A stretch of 63,989 nt of DNA, counting the filler, from Perkinsus olseni (taxonomy: Eukaryota): NCBI GenBank assembly GCA_013115125.1. It is 3 parts of 3 records of this genome, joined end to end, with 100 filler letters (N's around TTAATTAATTAA, not from the genome) between each part and the next. Parts side by side here need not be neighbours in the genome. Positions count along the whole stretch, not along the records: positions 22,122 to 44,064 come from JABANN010000551.1; positions 44,165 to 63,989 come from JABANN010000591.1; 1 more part is not named here. The stretch is one strand, 5' to 3'. Shown one piece after another: positions 33,801 through 46,559 of this stretch (position 1 is the stretch's first letter; each line of letters begins with the position of its first letter). Made by a program: the position numbers and the translations under genes. The notes beneath the pieces are model-generated. The model was not told where the DNA came from, searched no databases, and was given only the letters and a program-made list of their open reading frames with translations.

Positions 33801-35718
33801 ACACTACGAGCCTTGCATCACGGCGCGGGTGGGCTGACGGGGTCGCAGGAGGGCATAACCTCGGCGATTGAGGACAAGGGAGAGCTCATCACTCCCATCA
33901 TGCATAGAGATGTTAAGGTGAAGATGTGGTATGGGCATTTTATATCACTGTATTGTTATCATCACAAAAGCACCATTCTCCTTTTTTTACGTGAAAAGTC
34001 GACGACCTATTCCAACGGCGTGGTCGATTGACCTATCTCCAATTCCGGAATTTGCAAAGAACAATCCTGGGAGACGCTTGCACCTCCCAGAAAGGAGTCT
34101 CAATGCGCAAACTACAACTTAACAGAAATTCTCGCTCGCCCTGATTAATCGAATACCGGATCAAATTTTTACACCATCGTCAATCCGAAATTTCAGCCAA
34201 AATTTTTGAGGGAAATACTCGGTAGATGACGAAAAAAATCATTTTTGGGCTCGCCTGAGGAGAATGTAGGCCCTTGAGAAGGCGATCCTTATCTTGTCAC
34301 TGGAAATGATTTTCGGGCACTTGATTGCTCATGGCAATCGATGGAGCCTATCTGCAGGTTTTTCCAATCATGCCATCACTGCCAACTTGCAATTGTCGAA
34401 AAACCCTTGACATAGTACATCGTAGTCTGTGATCTGCTGTCTAGCCGCTGTCCCTTCAGGGCACCAACTGTCTCCTGACGACAGATAGACAGACGGTCAA
34501 GCTGTGTGACTTTGGCAGCTGCACCCGTCCTCGGTAGGAAGCCAAAGCGGTACCACTCCTTCCCCTACTCTGCCGGTCTCAGGCCCTTCAGTTTTGTCGG
34601 CACCCCGGTGGCAGCGGCCGGCGAGAAACTGAATGAGTCGATCGATCTGACATCAGACATACCACCGGATTGCCGTGCTATCGTAGACGAGAGCGACCAA
34701 GTGAGCGTCCAAGGGGGGCCTCAGTCCTCAACCCGAGCTCTGGTCAGGTGGTTGGCTTCGCGCCGTTGGAGTCAACGCTGACGGGGGCGTCTCCGGACGG
34801 GGAGGCTGATGCTTGCCTGTCTGCGATGGAGTCTTCGATATCGACCTCCGGACTGCTACGGAAACAGTCGGCGGAGAAGAGATATGAAGACCCTCAGTTT
34901 TTCTTTGTGAGAATCATACGAGTTGTGTGCATGCGTGCAAGCGACCTCGTAATTGTTTCTCAGAAGTCGATGAAGGGCACCCTGCGGTGGATGGCACCGG
35001 AGACCCTGGGCGGCAGCGATTACTCGGCGAAGGTGATCGCTGAGGGCCATCGGTGTGCTGAAAATAATCATCCTCACCTCCTCCTGGACTCTCCATCACC
35101 ATATTAGTGTTGTACTTACACGTGCTAATGGGCTATGCAAACAAGAGGCAATCGTCCGAGCTGTGACTGATAGAACTGGTCCTCGCCGTAGCGAGCATGC
35201 CGCTACATCGCAGCTGAGTGGATAGAACCCGATATGAGTGACACTGGTAGAAGCCTGGTCTTTGTGAATACAGCAGGAACGAATACTACTAGCGTTTGGG
35301 GACGAGGGGATTGTGTCAAGCCGCGCACAATCACTGGCGGGCTTCATTCAGCTCGTCGCTTCAGGTCGATGTATGGTCGGTGGGGTGCTTGCTGATTGAG
35401 ATGGTCTGTGGGCGGGACCCTTGGAAGGAGTTCGATAATGAGGTTGGCGCATCTTTGTGTTCCGTCTCGGGCACGCTTCGACCTAAGATACAAGCTATGC
35501 ATGAGATATGGACAGCACGGGACAAGACACCGATAGACTACATCCCGCCGGATGTGTGGGACCTGTGTTCCGAGTCGTGCAAGGACTTCATGCGAAGTAC
35601 GGCTGTCCCCATTGCACAACTCCAACTTCGCTTTTCAGAGACGGTCCAGCGAGATCCCCAGGCCCGGCCCACTTGCGCAGAGCTCTTGCAGCATCCTTTC
35701 ATTCTGGACAACAGCTGA
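30868..35718 (+). CDS. STE11/MEKK-like (MAP3K) kinase with a long low-complexity N-terminus; kinase domain ~33260-35718; start uncertain
   Basis: Exons read WTRGKALGAGTSATVYLA, FVAKEV, VVEFFGCEVIGDKFYIYME|YLGGGTLAS, IMHRDVK|GTNCLL...VKLCDFGSC, SMKGTLRWMAPE, DVWSVGCLLIEMVCGRDPW and RPTCAELLQHPF. Confidence 0.9.
33918..34459. mobile_element. Probable DNA-transposon relic inside a long kinase intron
   Basis: An unusually long, AT-rich intron carrying motifs shared with the MITE TIRs: AATTCTCGCTCGCCC ~34127, AAAATCATTTT ~34235, GGAGAATGT 34259 and GGAAATGATTTT ~34302. Confidence 0.45.
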
Positions 35719-36522
35719 CTCCGCCTTTCTTCGAAACTCTCTCTTGATGACTGTTACGCAGCCTTCTCCCTTTTGATAGGTCAATGTTGAGGGCCTCGCG
35801 TTCGACTGTAAATTTTCACACTCAGATGAAGCAAGGAGCTGTTTACTTACTCGTTCTCACTAGGAGTCGACTGAACCATTGTTCGTCATTATCATTGTCT
35901 TCGCTGAGGAAGACCGCTTTTATAAGGCACAACAGTCGAGGTCGTGTCTGTCTATTATTACTATTATCGCCACCGTCACTGAAGCATGTACAGTAGCCCG
36001 TGGGAGGCACGTCATCATCATTATCAGGACCACGCCGTTTTTGGTTGTCAACAGGCAGTCTTGGGAGAGCAGATAGCATTCGAGCAATCTATTCACGGTT
36101 CGAGAGAAATCCTCCGTTGCCTTCCTCCCAGAACAGAGAGAACAACGTCCATCAGACTTGTCGTCGTGCATAACCTTTTGCTGTCGCTGCATGCTGATGA
36201 TGGTGATCGAGGGTCTCACGGCCGCATGAAAAGCTTATCTTAGCCCGGGGGTCGGGTTTGGGGAAAAGAAACAGTGGTCAGATACCACAGCTCTCTCGGA
36301 CGAAGGTCGATCAGGGGCGCCTCGGTGACGCCATGAGGTGATCAAAGCACTCGGGACCTCATTGGGGGTACACTGCAGTAAACCTAGCGAGTATTGGCTT
36401 CGATCATTGAGAACACTGGGTCTTGTCATCTGGTCTCGGATACTCGAACTCGGCACTGCCGAGCCCTTGGGCAGCTTTCTTTTGATCGTCATTCAAGATG
36501 ATTTAATATCTCCAACAAGGAC

Positions 36523-37856
36523 ATGCTCCCGCCGCTCACTGGTGGGCCTTCTTGCGGCTGCTGTCCCGCAGAAACGGCAGATTTCAGATCGACCTTGGCA
36601 GCGCAAGAGAGCCTCTGGAAAGCACAGGCAACTGATGCCACGGTGATCCTCTACTTTGGTTCTATAAGGTTATTGATAGCCATCTCAGAGCTCCCGCGAC
36701 AAGTCCGCCGGAGTCCGCTCGAAGCTCGACATTTACCAGCAGGTTGGGTGGGGAGGAGGGCATGCGAGAGTGCGCGATACGAGTGCTGGAGATCTATAAA
36801 AAGGTGAGGGGCGGTGGTATCCAAGGTCGACCCTTGCACTTAGCAATGCGATCGAGATGGATATTTCGATGAGGCTTGGGAGGCCGCTGAGAGTCTGCGG
36901 CAGCTCAAGCATGAGCAGACGAGGGTCCTGCGGGAGGAAGTACGGCGGCGTCACGCGGAAGAACTGCGAAGTCGACAGAGCTGCATCGAGCAGCAAAGGA
37001 CTGAATATTATCGACAGTGAGTCTGACGCGACTCTCCTAGTTGCGAACTGCCGTGCTAGGTGGGAAGAGGAGAGGCTGCCCAACCTCAAGAGAGCCGTGG
37101 AAGATATCAGAGAATCTTTGGTGCAGAGACAGGCCTTGGCGAGGGACGAGCTCCATCGAAAGTTGCGGAAAAGGCGGTATCGAGTAGCTGCATCGGGTAA
37201 AGTGCTGAACATGCTGGCCAGAGCGAGGTAGACTTCGTCTCGTTCGAGGTGACTGCGGATGCGAAGCTTGCCAGGTCCTTAACACTCCGGGACGATTATG
37301 GCAAGGCACGGTTGCTTCTGGGCGAGGCCGAAAGGGAAGACAGCAGGAGTCGGATGGAAGAACAGGCGCATGAGGAAGATCGGGTATGCAGGCTGATGAG
37401 GGAGGTGAGGGCCTCTTTTGAACAGAAGGGTACAATCTTTGTGTCGGCAGTTGGCCGACCGGCAGCGGAAGGAGCGTACCATGGTCGAGGGCAAGATCCA
37501 GGATATGCGTCAGGAGGTGTTGAGGCAGCAGCAAAGGGAATTCGAAGACCTGGAGCGGAGGGCTGGTCGGAAGTTGGCTGCGCTGCGGAAAAAACAGAAG
37601 AAGGAGCTTTCCGAAGTAAGGCGGCCTATTGAGCGTCGAGAGGATGCGTCCAGTGCAGATGGTGCGAGATGGCCCTTCCTTCGAGGGAGGGAGAGCAGAT
37701 GAAGCGACGGCAGCTCCCACTAGCCGTACGACTTGTTTCAGCATGATTGAGTCTCTTGCTGGCAATAAGGGTCCGAGGATGAGAGGTGAGCTCGGTGGGC
37801 TCCTCGGGAATTTAGAATTGGACGAGGAGTGGTATCGATTGTGCGCTTATCGTTGA
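36523..37856 (+). CDS. Hypothetical coiled-coil protein, multi-exon
   Basis: R/E/Q-rich helical exons (RWEEERLPNLKRAVEDIRESL, RQLADRQRKERTMVEGKIQDMRQEVLRQQQREFEDLERR) separated by short introns. Confidence 0.6.
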
Positions 37857-37930
37857 AATTGTCATCATCCCTTTTGCGGGTCGCGATGTTCGATAACCGT
37901 GTGTGAAACTAATGTTTCTCAGTGGTTGTT

Positions 37931-38062
37931 AATTGTCTATTAATTGTCCATCAATTGTCTATTAATTGTCTATTAATTGTCTATTAATTGTCCATCAATT
38001 GTCTATTAATTGTCCATCAATTGTCTATTAATTGTCCATCAATTGTCTATTTATTGTCCATT
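37931..38062. repeat. 11-bp AT-rich minisatellite (~12 copies)
   Basis: Interspersed AATTGTCTATT and AATTGTCCATC units. Confidence 0.95.
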
Positions 38063-38269
38063 CAATGCATCATGCAGATGGTCCATATATATATTTAGAA
38101 CCTATAACATCTGTTCTTTTGACGGTCTTTCAATTATTTTACTGGTATTACTACTCTCCGGTAATATACCGTGATCGTCAGTTTACTATTATTTGATTCG
38201 TGTCTTCATTTCCGTAGGATGTTGCCGCTTTAAAATAGGGATGCTAATGATATAATAACTATCTCTAAG

Positions 38270-39123
38270 ATACAAAATATGATATCTATCAATGTACCTC
38301 GTCACTAGCTTCGTTCTTCCTCAGGGCAACCTAGGCCACGTGTGCCACGACTTTACTTCATCAATGATCCCTCGACAACTACTGTAGCCTTCACATGCCG
38401 CTGAGCACTATCACCGTCTTGTGTTGTTGCGCCCTCGGTTTCTGTTTGCGCCGTGCTTCGACCTAGGATTCCTTGAGTTATGGCCTCTCACTTAGCACAG
38501 GCGAAGGCAGTCTCGGCGGCTGAGGAGCTGCAGGACTTCCGCAGAGAACGGGAGGGGCAGCTTATTATCAGGGAGGTAGCCCAACAGTGGTATCATACCA
38601 ACTTGACCATTTCCGTGAAGTCCACGCTGCGACCTAAGATTCCATACCAATGAATACCCCGCTTCTGTTCTCAGCAAGCCCCGTTGTTAGTGGTATCTTT
38701 CGGACAGAAATACTCCGGCCCGAATTCTTCCAAGTGAGTAGCATCGCTGTGCCCCTCGCCTCAACTTGGACTTCGACGGCAGGTATAAAATAGAGGGGAA
38801 GTACCACATCCCAGTTAACTACAAGGCAATTCTGAAATGGGGAGATGATGAGATGGTCGTATTGACGAGACAAGTGCGGAGAGGAGGGTCTGCTGTTGGT
38901 GATGGTTCCCTTTAGGGCCCTTTCGGTCCCGAGTTCCAGATCATCTACCTGCCCAAGTCCACAGTAGCTGACGACTTTACCCTGTTCGACTGGAATTCCA
39001 ACATGACACAGCTCTGGGACGAGCTACTTACGGTGAGATCATTCTCGTCTTGCCCGATTGCGCTGCTTCTTCTTAGGTCTTAGAAACCATGGACGAGGGG
39101 GGCACAAGAGACATGACGGTGTA
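38270..39123 (+). CDS. Hypothetical protein exons, possibly the N-terminal part of the downstream WW/B-box gene
   Basis: GT/AG-bounded exons such as AQAKAVSAAEELQDFRREREGQLIIRE, YKIEGKYHIPVNYKAILKWGDDEMVVLTRQ and GPFGPEFQIIYLPKSTVADDFTLFDWNSNMTQLWDELLT. Confidence 0.45.
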
Positions 39124-39227
39124 AAAAGCCGGGAATATTTTCTCTGTGGAAAAGCCTCGCGGCGGCAGGTTCACCCAGGGTCCCTGGTATGTCTTCGGGT
39201 TCACGGAAGATGCTGTTCAATTAGAGC

Positions 39228-41470
39228 TTGATAAAGGTATCACTCCCAATACTTCCGTGGGCGTCGAATTCTCTCCGATTTTTAGTTAAGAAGAAGGACG
39301 ATACTGAAGATTTGGTGGACGGTATACTTTACTGTGAGGAGCCCGACAAGCCCACTTTGGAAGAGTTCCAACGCTATCTTGTGAGAAAAGCCCAGCAGCC
39401 TTGTAGCACTGCGAATCGGGCGGCTTCAGGGTGTCAAGCCTGAGCTTGACGACCACTTCGTTTGGATCTCTCACGAGTTCATGAATGAGCCATTGCCTGC
39501 TAATTACTACCAGTAGGACTCGTCTGTCGCTCCGTCGGGCACTGAGGGGCCGTCCAGATACACGAACGCTGGGATGGTCTACTGGGTCAATGCGACTACA
39601 CAGGAGTCTAGTTGGAAGCATCCACATTACGACAAGTAGCGTTGACGATTTCCTCGTTTTTGTCGAGATATTTCTCAGATATAAGAAGATGCTCAGGGCG
39701 GCTAGAATTAACCGTCCTTTGCCGCATTGGAAGACCATTATGAGCTTCCAAGTCGAGTTTCTCTTCTCCGAGGTCAAAGATTCTCTCCATCACCAACTAC
39801 GGGCGAGCAGTTGTGTTTTCCCTTGTTAGTTGTTCAACTTGAACGACCCTAGCAAGACGGATTTCGACGTGCCCATCGAGACCGTCAACAACGTCTTTGA
39901 GTTAGCTCGGATATTCAAGGTTGACATCAAGTAAAAAGATACTCCCTAGCGGTTTCACAAAGATATTGTCCTCAGGGAGGAGCCTTACCTCACTCATGTG
40001 CTGAAGCGGGCTCTGCGACACTACGCTGATGTGGTCCGATCGAAGCGTGCGGTCGGTGGGGTTGAAGAATTCAGGAATCTCATGCAACGGTGAGCGTGGC
40101 TTGAGGAGGTTGGGCTCTCCTGTCCTGGATCCATGGGAGGGAATCTTACGACCGTTTCCCTCCGTGTCACCCTTGTGTAACCGGAAACCAGTTATTGTAC
40201 AGTATGATTGATATATTGCCAAGAATTATTTATTCAGATTTTACTCAGCCTCATTGGTATTCGATAAGTTATCCGCTTTTTCCGTTTCGGACTATCAAAA
40301 TCGAACACACTGTATGAGATGCTGCATCAGGTATCGGGATGTGGTGCAACAGTTCGAAAAGGCGAACGAGTTGGAGAGCGAGCAAGTGACCTCGCTACGT
40401 CAATGCGTGGAGTGCCCGGACGACAACAAGGAGCCTGCGGTAGGCCGACGTTGTGGTCTGCTAGGGTGACAGGGTCATCCCTGCCTAGGTTCTATACTGC
40501 GACAACTGCAAGGATATGCTCTGCCAGCCATGCTTTGATAGACTACACTGTAAAGGACAAAGGCAGAACCACAAGCGTAGGGCGACTAACTGAATAACGG
40601 AACACAGAGCTCATCGTTATGTGGCTAGCACTTTGGCATCTAATCGAACTAAGTGACGGCGTTGGGCCTCAAACTCATACGCACAAGCGTGATACATTAT
40701 CGTTCGCGGCGTCCAGTGCAGCTGCGTTGTAGGGGAGGTAGTTGCAGAGCAGAACATCAGTAGACTGGGCTCAGAGTGTCCTGTGGAAAGGAGCAGGTTG
40801 AGTGAGCAATGTTTGAGAGAATTCCGATTTGCAGCTTGGCGTTAGCAGAACGAAGCTAGTGTAGACAGAGTTCAATTGCGTTATGTAGATAGTGTACTTC
40901 AACTTTACTTGCCAGGGACTTGGGTGGAGCTTGGGATCTGTGCCGAGTGTGATTCGTCATTAGCCCAGCTGCACTGTGTTCAATGTCAAGATGCCCTATG
41001 CTACTCCTGCTACGAACAAGTAGGTGGACAGGCACTCGAGTCCCCAGAGCGCTACTTCAGATTCATATAAGGGGTGGTCGACGAAATCACGTGCCAATAG
41101 GTGAGTCTGTGATTTCCGTCGTTGGGAGTATTTTACGTTGATCATGGTAACCTTTACAGTCCTCCGTTCGTTCTCGCTGAGTATGCACACGATCCCTGCC
41201 TCATCAACCTTCGCCTTCGGAGCGATCTCGCCAGCTGCGGTTACCATCGGCTCCAACGCGGCGAGAAATTTGGCGATTTCGATGAGTCCCTGGGTCGTCT
41301 TCGAAGACGAGTGTGAGGTGAAAGTGTAAGGAATCTCTAGTCGGAATCATGGTCGAGACTTGATGATCATTGCTCAGCTATTACAACATCCAGACGGGAG
41401 AGTGCCAACGGGATCTTCCGATGGCACCGCTGAACACCTCCATTGAGAGCAGTATCGGTGGGGGTTTTTC
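39228..41470 (+). CDS. CEP164-like WW domain + two B-box zinc fingers + C-terminal WW-like domain protein, multi-exon
   Basis: EEPDKPTLEEFQRYL|..PELDDHFVWISHEFMNEPLPANYYQ|YTNAGMVYWVNATTQESSWKHP is CEP164-N/WW-like. CVEC...YCDNCKDMLCQPCFDRLH...H and CAEC...HCVQCQDALCYSCYEQ|IH...H are B-boxes. PWVVFEDECEVK|YYNIQTGECQRDLP is WW-like. Confidence 0.75.
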
Positions 41471-42065
41471 TTATGGTTGGGCAGAGAGCTTGACATGTAC
41501 TTGATGATGACGATAGCCGTCGAAAGCCCGAGCCGCTACTTGAGTTTCGTGCGGTTAATTTTCTGTATTTCACCGGGACTTTGCTAAAGTCACCTCGAAA
41601 AATACAAAGTGAAAATTCCCGTAGTTGCATCCCGGAGACGCCGTCGGTATAGTCGGCGGTGATAATGATGTAAGTGGATCCAACTTGCGTTTACCATCCT
41701 CCGTTACCAACGCAAGACCAAGGAAACCAACTGAGGAGAAGCTCAACGCCTGCTAGTTGGGCAATGCTTAACAGGCAGGACAGGACTTAATGTTATCAAC
41801 ATTCGACGCCCTTATAGAATGCGAAGCGGTTGACCAGGACTATGACACGGATAAGTCAGGTAGCGAACTAACTTCGGCGAAGAAGTTGGTGAAGCATACG
41901 AAGATCGACCATCAGTATATAGTCGGCCTTGTGTAGAAATATTGCGCTGTGTTCCAGAAGGGCTGAGGTGCCTTCGACCGTTCCCCTCCGTCCTACAATA
42001 GACACTACAAAGTAGGGGCTACAAGGCTATGTAGGATTATAGAGCCGAAGACCACCGTTGCGCTC

Positions 42066-42840
42066 TCACGACCGGGAAAGTAGAGAAGTTTGAGTAGAAT
42101 GACGAATATTGCCCGCCAGAAAAACCAACTTATTCGGAGTGGCTGACAATAAGAACATACCGAAGCTTGGATCACCAGTTTCATCCGGTAGTGCAGGCCT
42201 AGCTATGCAGCGTTCCCATACATCTCGGAAGAAGTCGACACCGCCGATCGACAGCTCGATAGCGTTTGCATCATCATCATCCGGACTTACTCCAGCGCGA
42301 TACAGCTCGAATTCGGCGCTGAACTGTCTATATTGATGATAACAACGCCAGAGACGACGGCCGAAAAAATGCGACAAAGGCAACGAGGGGAAACTGGGCA
42401 TCGGATAACTACAGTGATGTTATCATCGCTGAAACTGACTCCAGGGAAGAACTCAGCGACTCCCTTGTTGAAGGCTTCGTATCCGCCGTCTGCGGCTGCG
42501 AAGTCGATGGTGTAACGATCAGGACCTCCTTTCAGAGGGTACGGAGCACTGACGAAGGACTCCGTACCACCAAGTCCTCTACGAAAAACGATCGTAACAG
42601 TATTGTTCTCGTCGAAATCGAAAAAGCCATCAGCCATCAGCCTCCCGTTAAAGATCGGTCCTTCATACGTACCGATGAGCTGGGCCTCTGTGATAAGCAA
42701 ATCGTAGTGACAAAAAGCCAAGTCACGAAGGAGTTCATTATTGATGAGGGAGTAGAACAAGTCGGATTCCGACTGTCGGAAAGAGAATGAAGAATGCACG
42801 ACCACTGCCGGCCGCCGAAGCAAGACCGAGGCGACTCATA
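42066..42840 (-). CDS. Hypothetical lineage-specific protein, two or more exons
   Basis: Two long protein-like exons (LIGTYEGPIFNGRLMADGFFDFDENNTVTIVF... and YRQFSAEFELYRAGVSPDDDDANAIELSIGGVDFF...) separated by a GT-AG intron. No family recognised. Confidence 0.5.
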
Positions 42841-44064
42841 GAGGCAAATCTCGTGCCATGAATGTAAGTTGTCAAGCCTTGTGTGCGAGAACAGAACTAT
42901 AACTCAGTAAAGCGAGTGTCTGAGACGGGGTTCAAAAATTGGTCGAATTGAACTCGAAGCTAAGCAATAATGTGATCTACAGCTTGCTAACTTAGCGAAA
43001 AAGCTAAGGCAAGCGAGTAGCACGTCTACACGTGAATGCGAGTGCAAAGCTCATGGATAGGTCAGATGATTATCTGATACTATTAGTATCATACTAGTGG
43101 TACACAGTAGCAGTAAAGTTGAAGGCAGCGATGATAGTCTGACAGCTGAGTACTGAACCGGGCTGTAGCTGTTATATAGCGTAAACTTCCGGTTTTATAA
43201 AGTGATGCTACTGTCCGCTGTGCACTGCACAGTGTGAACATCATGGGATATCACCCTGTCACGGCCCTGCTAGGTGCTGGTCTATAAGACTTTGTTGTGA
43301 GCCTCGTCGTCATCCTTCTGATCATCCCGTTCGTACTGGTCATTAAAGGCTTTCTACACCTCCTATCATCATGAATGTCGGTGGTACCAAGACCGAGTGA
43401 ACTCACCCGAGGATTGGTCATAGTTTGTCAACCACTAGTAGTAGCAGAAGTGACCCTCAGAGGCGTCTGTGGCCTGGTGGGAATCCCATCGAAAGGACCA
43501 CAAAGGGTGTTAGTAGCGGTTAAACTCGACACACCAGAAGGTTGATGCATAGTAGCACTGGTAGTTGAAGTATTAGTAGTAGGAACAGATACCGACGCGG
43601 AAACATTACCTGCTGCGAGGCTGCTCACCGCCGGGCTATCGGTGAGTGTAGAGGTACATCCCTGATGGGGGGCTGTCAGGGATGACAGGGCCGTATTGTA
43701 GGAGACACTTCTACCCTGAGCCCTGGGATCTGGCCTCCGTTGTAGAATTTCTAGCGGGGAGAATGTAGGATGATGGATCTCAAATGCCCCATCCTCATAC
43801 TCATCGCGCTGCTAGTCACGATCAAGAAGTTGGCACTCTTTTTCAACTTATTCAGCTATTTTTCAAAAGTTTTACGAGAAATTTCGCTCCAGGAAATTTC
43901 TGAATATTTCTTTGGACACTTTCTGCGAAAGCTCCCGCATAAAGTTCCTCAGATGCCCTGCTCATTGGGCGTTCGTGATCAGCAGAATGAGTGTTGTGAC
44001 TCGTGCGAGTGTCCCGTACTAGCGCAACGCCAACGTGTCGCCAGTCAATGATATCAGTATGCAG

Positions 44065-44164
44065 NNNNNNNNNNNNNNNNNNNNNNNNNNNNNNNNNNNN
44101 NNNNNNNNTTAATTAATTAANNNNNNNNNNNNNNNNNNNNNNNNNNNNNNNNNNNNNNNNNNNN
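44065..44164. other. Assembly gap with TTAATTAATTAA linker (44109-44120)
   Basis: N-run with the linker; it truncates the S41 ORF. Confidence 0.95.
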
Positions 44165-46224
44165 CAGGCTGAGCCGCAGTTGCCGTCCGTGACGAAGGCG
44201 ACTTCCGTCCAATAGTTTCTGTCGTATCTTCCCTTCACCACCTTCGGCATATTGTTCAAGACCTTATTGCAGAACCCAAAGACGCCCTGTGCCGAGTAGT
44301 TCGATGGCTTCCCCCATTGACGGACTTCAAGGTCCGTGAACTGTCTCAGCGGAGGACTGAATTCCTCTTGGGTATGTGGATCCACCAACTCTTCATTGTC
44401 GAAGAGAAACCAACCATGCTGGGGTGCGAGCTGGGACCCTATTTGAGTTGACTTGTCGAGAAAACTCCTTTCTTTCAGGAACTTCTTGAAAAGTTCCGCT
44501 CTCTCTTGAGGAGTGTTCATGGACAATATGGAAGCCTCGATACTTCTCAATCTCGTGACCTCATGCTCTTTGTCAAAACCATCGGTGATCAAGCCCTGGG
44601 CGTGGTCCACGAGTAGGTAGAGCTTCTGAAACTTGCCTTGGATGAACGCTGGGCTTCCTACCAGTTCAGGATTTTCCTGGAAGAACTTGTCGATCGTCTC
44701 ATCATAATTTACCCCAAACGAAGACACCCACGACTGCCAGTTTTCAGTCATATGCCTGACTATGGGAGTGCAAATGTCTTCGCCCGAGTTCACCACATAC
44801 CACTGCAGAGCAATAGAAGACATGACCAACCCACCACCATTGGCAGAAACATCGAACAGCAGCCGCTTGACACCGTTCTCGCGAGCGAAGTCTTGGACCT
44901 GGTAGAAGCTCTCATAGAGGGCAGCCTCCATTTCGGCTTCAGAGGAGAGTTTCTCCACGGGCATGAAGTCTGGTACGACCACAACGACGGCATCTCCCAC
45001 CAGAGAATACTGAAAGCCAGTGCCTTCAATCCAACCCTCAGCAACCTCAGCGGAGCTCATGTCCGTAGTGAGGAAGTCATCGTCCAAGCCACTATCCAGC
45101 TGGCTTTGGCTGAAGATTCTGTCGAGCACCTCGAGGTCCTCGTCAGTCACAGTAGGGTGCTTCCGGTGATTGGGGTCCCACAAGGATTCTGGCTTCTTCT
45201 CGTAGAACTCGGTCTCGAAATCAAGTGTCTTTTGAAACTGTGGGTTCCAGTTAGTCAGGGTGTTGTAGAAGCGAGTGTTGACAGTGTCCCTCCAACCAGC
45301 AGCCTTGGTGTAGTCGCTCAACCTTCCCAACCAATTGATGGTCTCAGTGGATCCGTCAGCAAAAGTAACCTTCAGAGGTGCAGTCGGAGGCGGATCTCTC
45401 GTGGCGACCCTGTCAACGTACGGCTTGACGAAGAAGCGGTTGTTGAGCCTTTGAAGTGCACCCTGGTAGAGACCAGCGAAAGGACCGTCACTGGCGACCA
45501 TGTCCTTCATCCACTGCAGCACGGGCTTGCCGTCCACTTCTACTATGACATCCCCTTCCTTGTGGGCGCTCGCTGGGACACCATAGATTTCCTTGTAGTA
45601 GATGGAGTGGTCCACAAACCCAAGCGTGATGATCTGAGAGCCATCCCGCATCTCCGAGTCGAATCGTATCGGTAGGACATAATAAAAGCTCTCGTAGGGA
45701 GTGTCGTACCTCGTGTGGGCGTCACTCAGGCGATTGAATTCACGCTGAAGAGCTAGGTGGAATGGAGCCGCTTCAATGGTCTCGTTGAGGAACTTCTGCT
45801 GTTCTGCCTCAGTCATCGAGCCCAACTTGTCAGAAAACTCGTCGATGCGCCCGTCAACGAATCCCTTGATATCTACGTCGAGAGAGTGCAGCGAGAAGCC
45901 ACACGTATTCTTCTCGACAGACTTGTCGAGGTCATTGGCGATGTCGGTGAAAGCATAGGCAGCAGCCAGACCATACTTCACGTTGTGGAGTGTGAACAAA
46001 GCATGATAGTTGCTGATTGTCAGGCTGTTCAGGCACTCGTTCAAGTCGTCTGCTTTGCCCCAAAGGAAGTCCTTCGACTCATCATTAAGCAGCTCTTGTA
46101 AGACGGTACGTCCATTTCCACGGCCGAGTCGAGCGCAAGGGTCAGCTGCTATATCGTGGGCATTAGCCAAGTAGCTGCTCCCGAGCCAGAATACGAGTGC
46201 GGCAGACCGCCGTGAAAGAATCAT
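44165..46224 (-). CDS. Secreted peptidase S41-family (CPAF-like/eukaryotic S41) protease, intronless, truncated by the gap
   Basis: Hydrophobic N-terminus (MILSRRSAALVFWLGSSYLANA), FNRLSDAHTRY, PDZ-like GDVIVEVDGKPV, LLFDVSANGGG and VAFVTDGNCGSA (S41 catalytic-Ser motif). Confidence 0.8.
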
Positions 46225-46559
46225 AAGAACAGTGGAATAAAAAATAGAAAATGCTGACCATGATGAATCAAATCAATTCAAGACTCATCAGTCGGAAGGA
46301 GACAGGGAGATCTCAGCGCCACCCTGGAGACGCCACGTCAGCTACTTGGAGACGTGTCACACAGTCACGGGGATATCTGTCCAGTCGTTGCGAGACATCC
46401 CTCTGCTGCGCTCTCTGAAAATAAGAGGAGAAATGCGCTCTAGATAACCTTTAGATAATCTCAAGATGGGGCTTCACTGGAAAAGCCACGCCAGTGGCAA
46501 GGCCGTTCTGTGGGGCCTTGATGATCGAAGCTTACCTTGTACACCGTACTGTCCATGGT

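Noticed and set aside
44638-45675. 345-aa antisense ORF (also 2420-3295 and ORFs opposite PGM2)
   Set aside because: These are shadow ORFs opposite genuine codon-biased genes, with no recognisable motifs.
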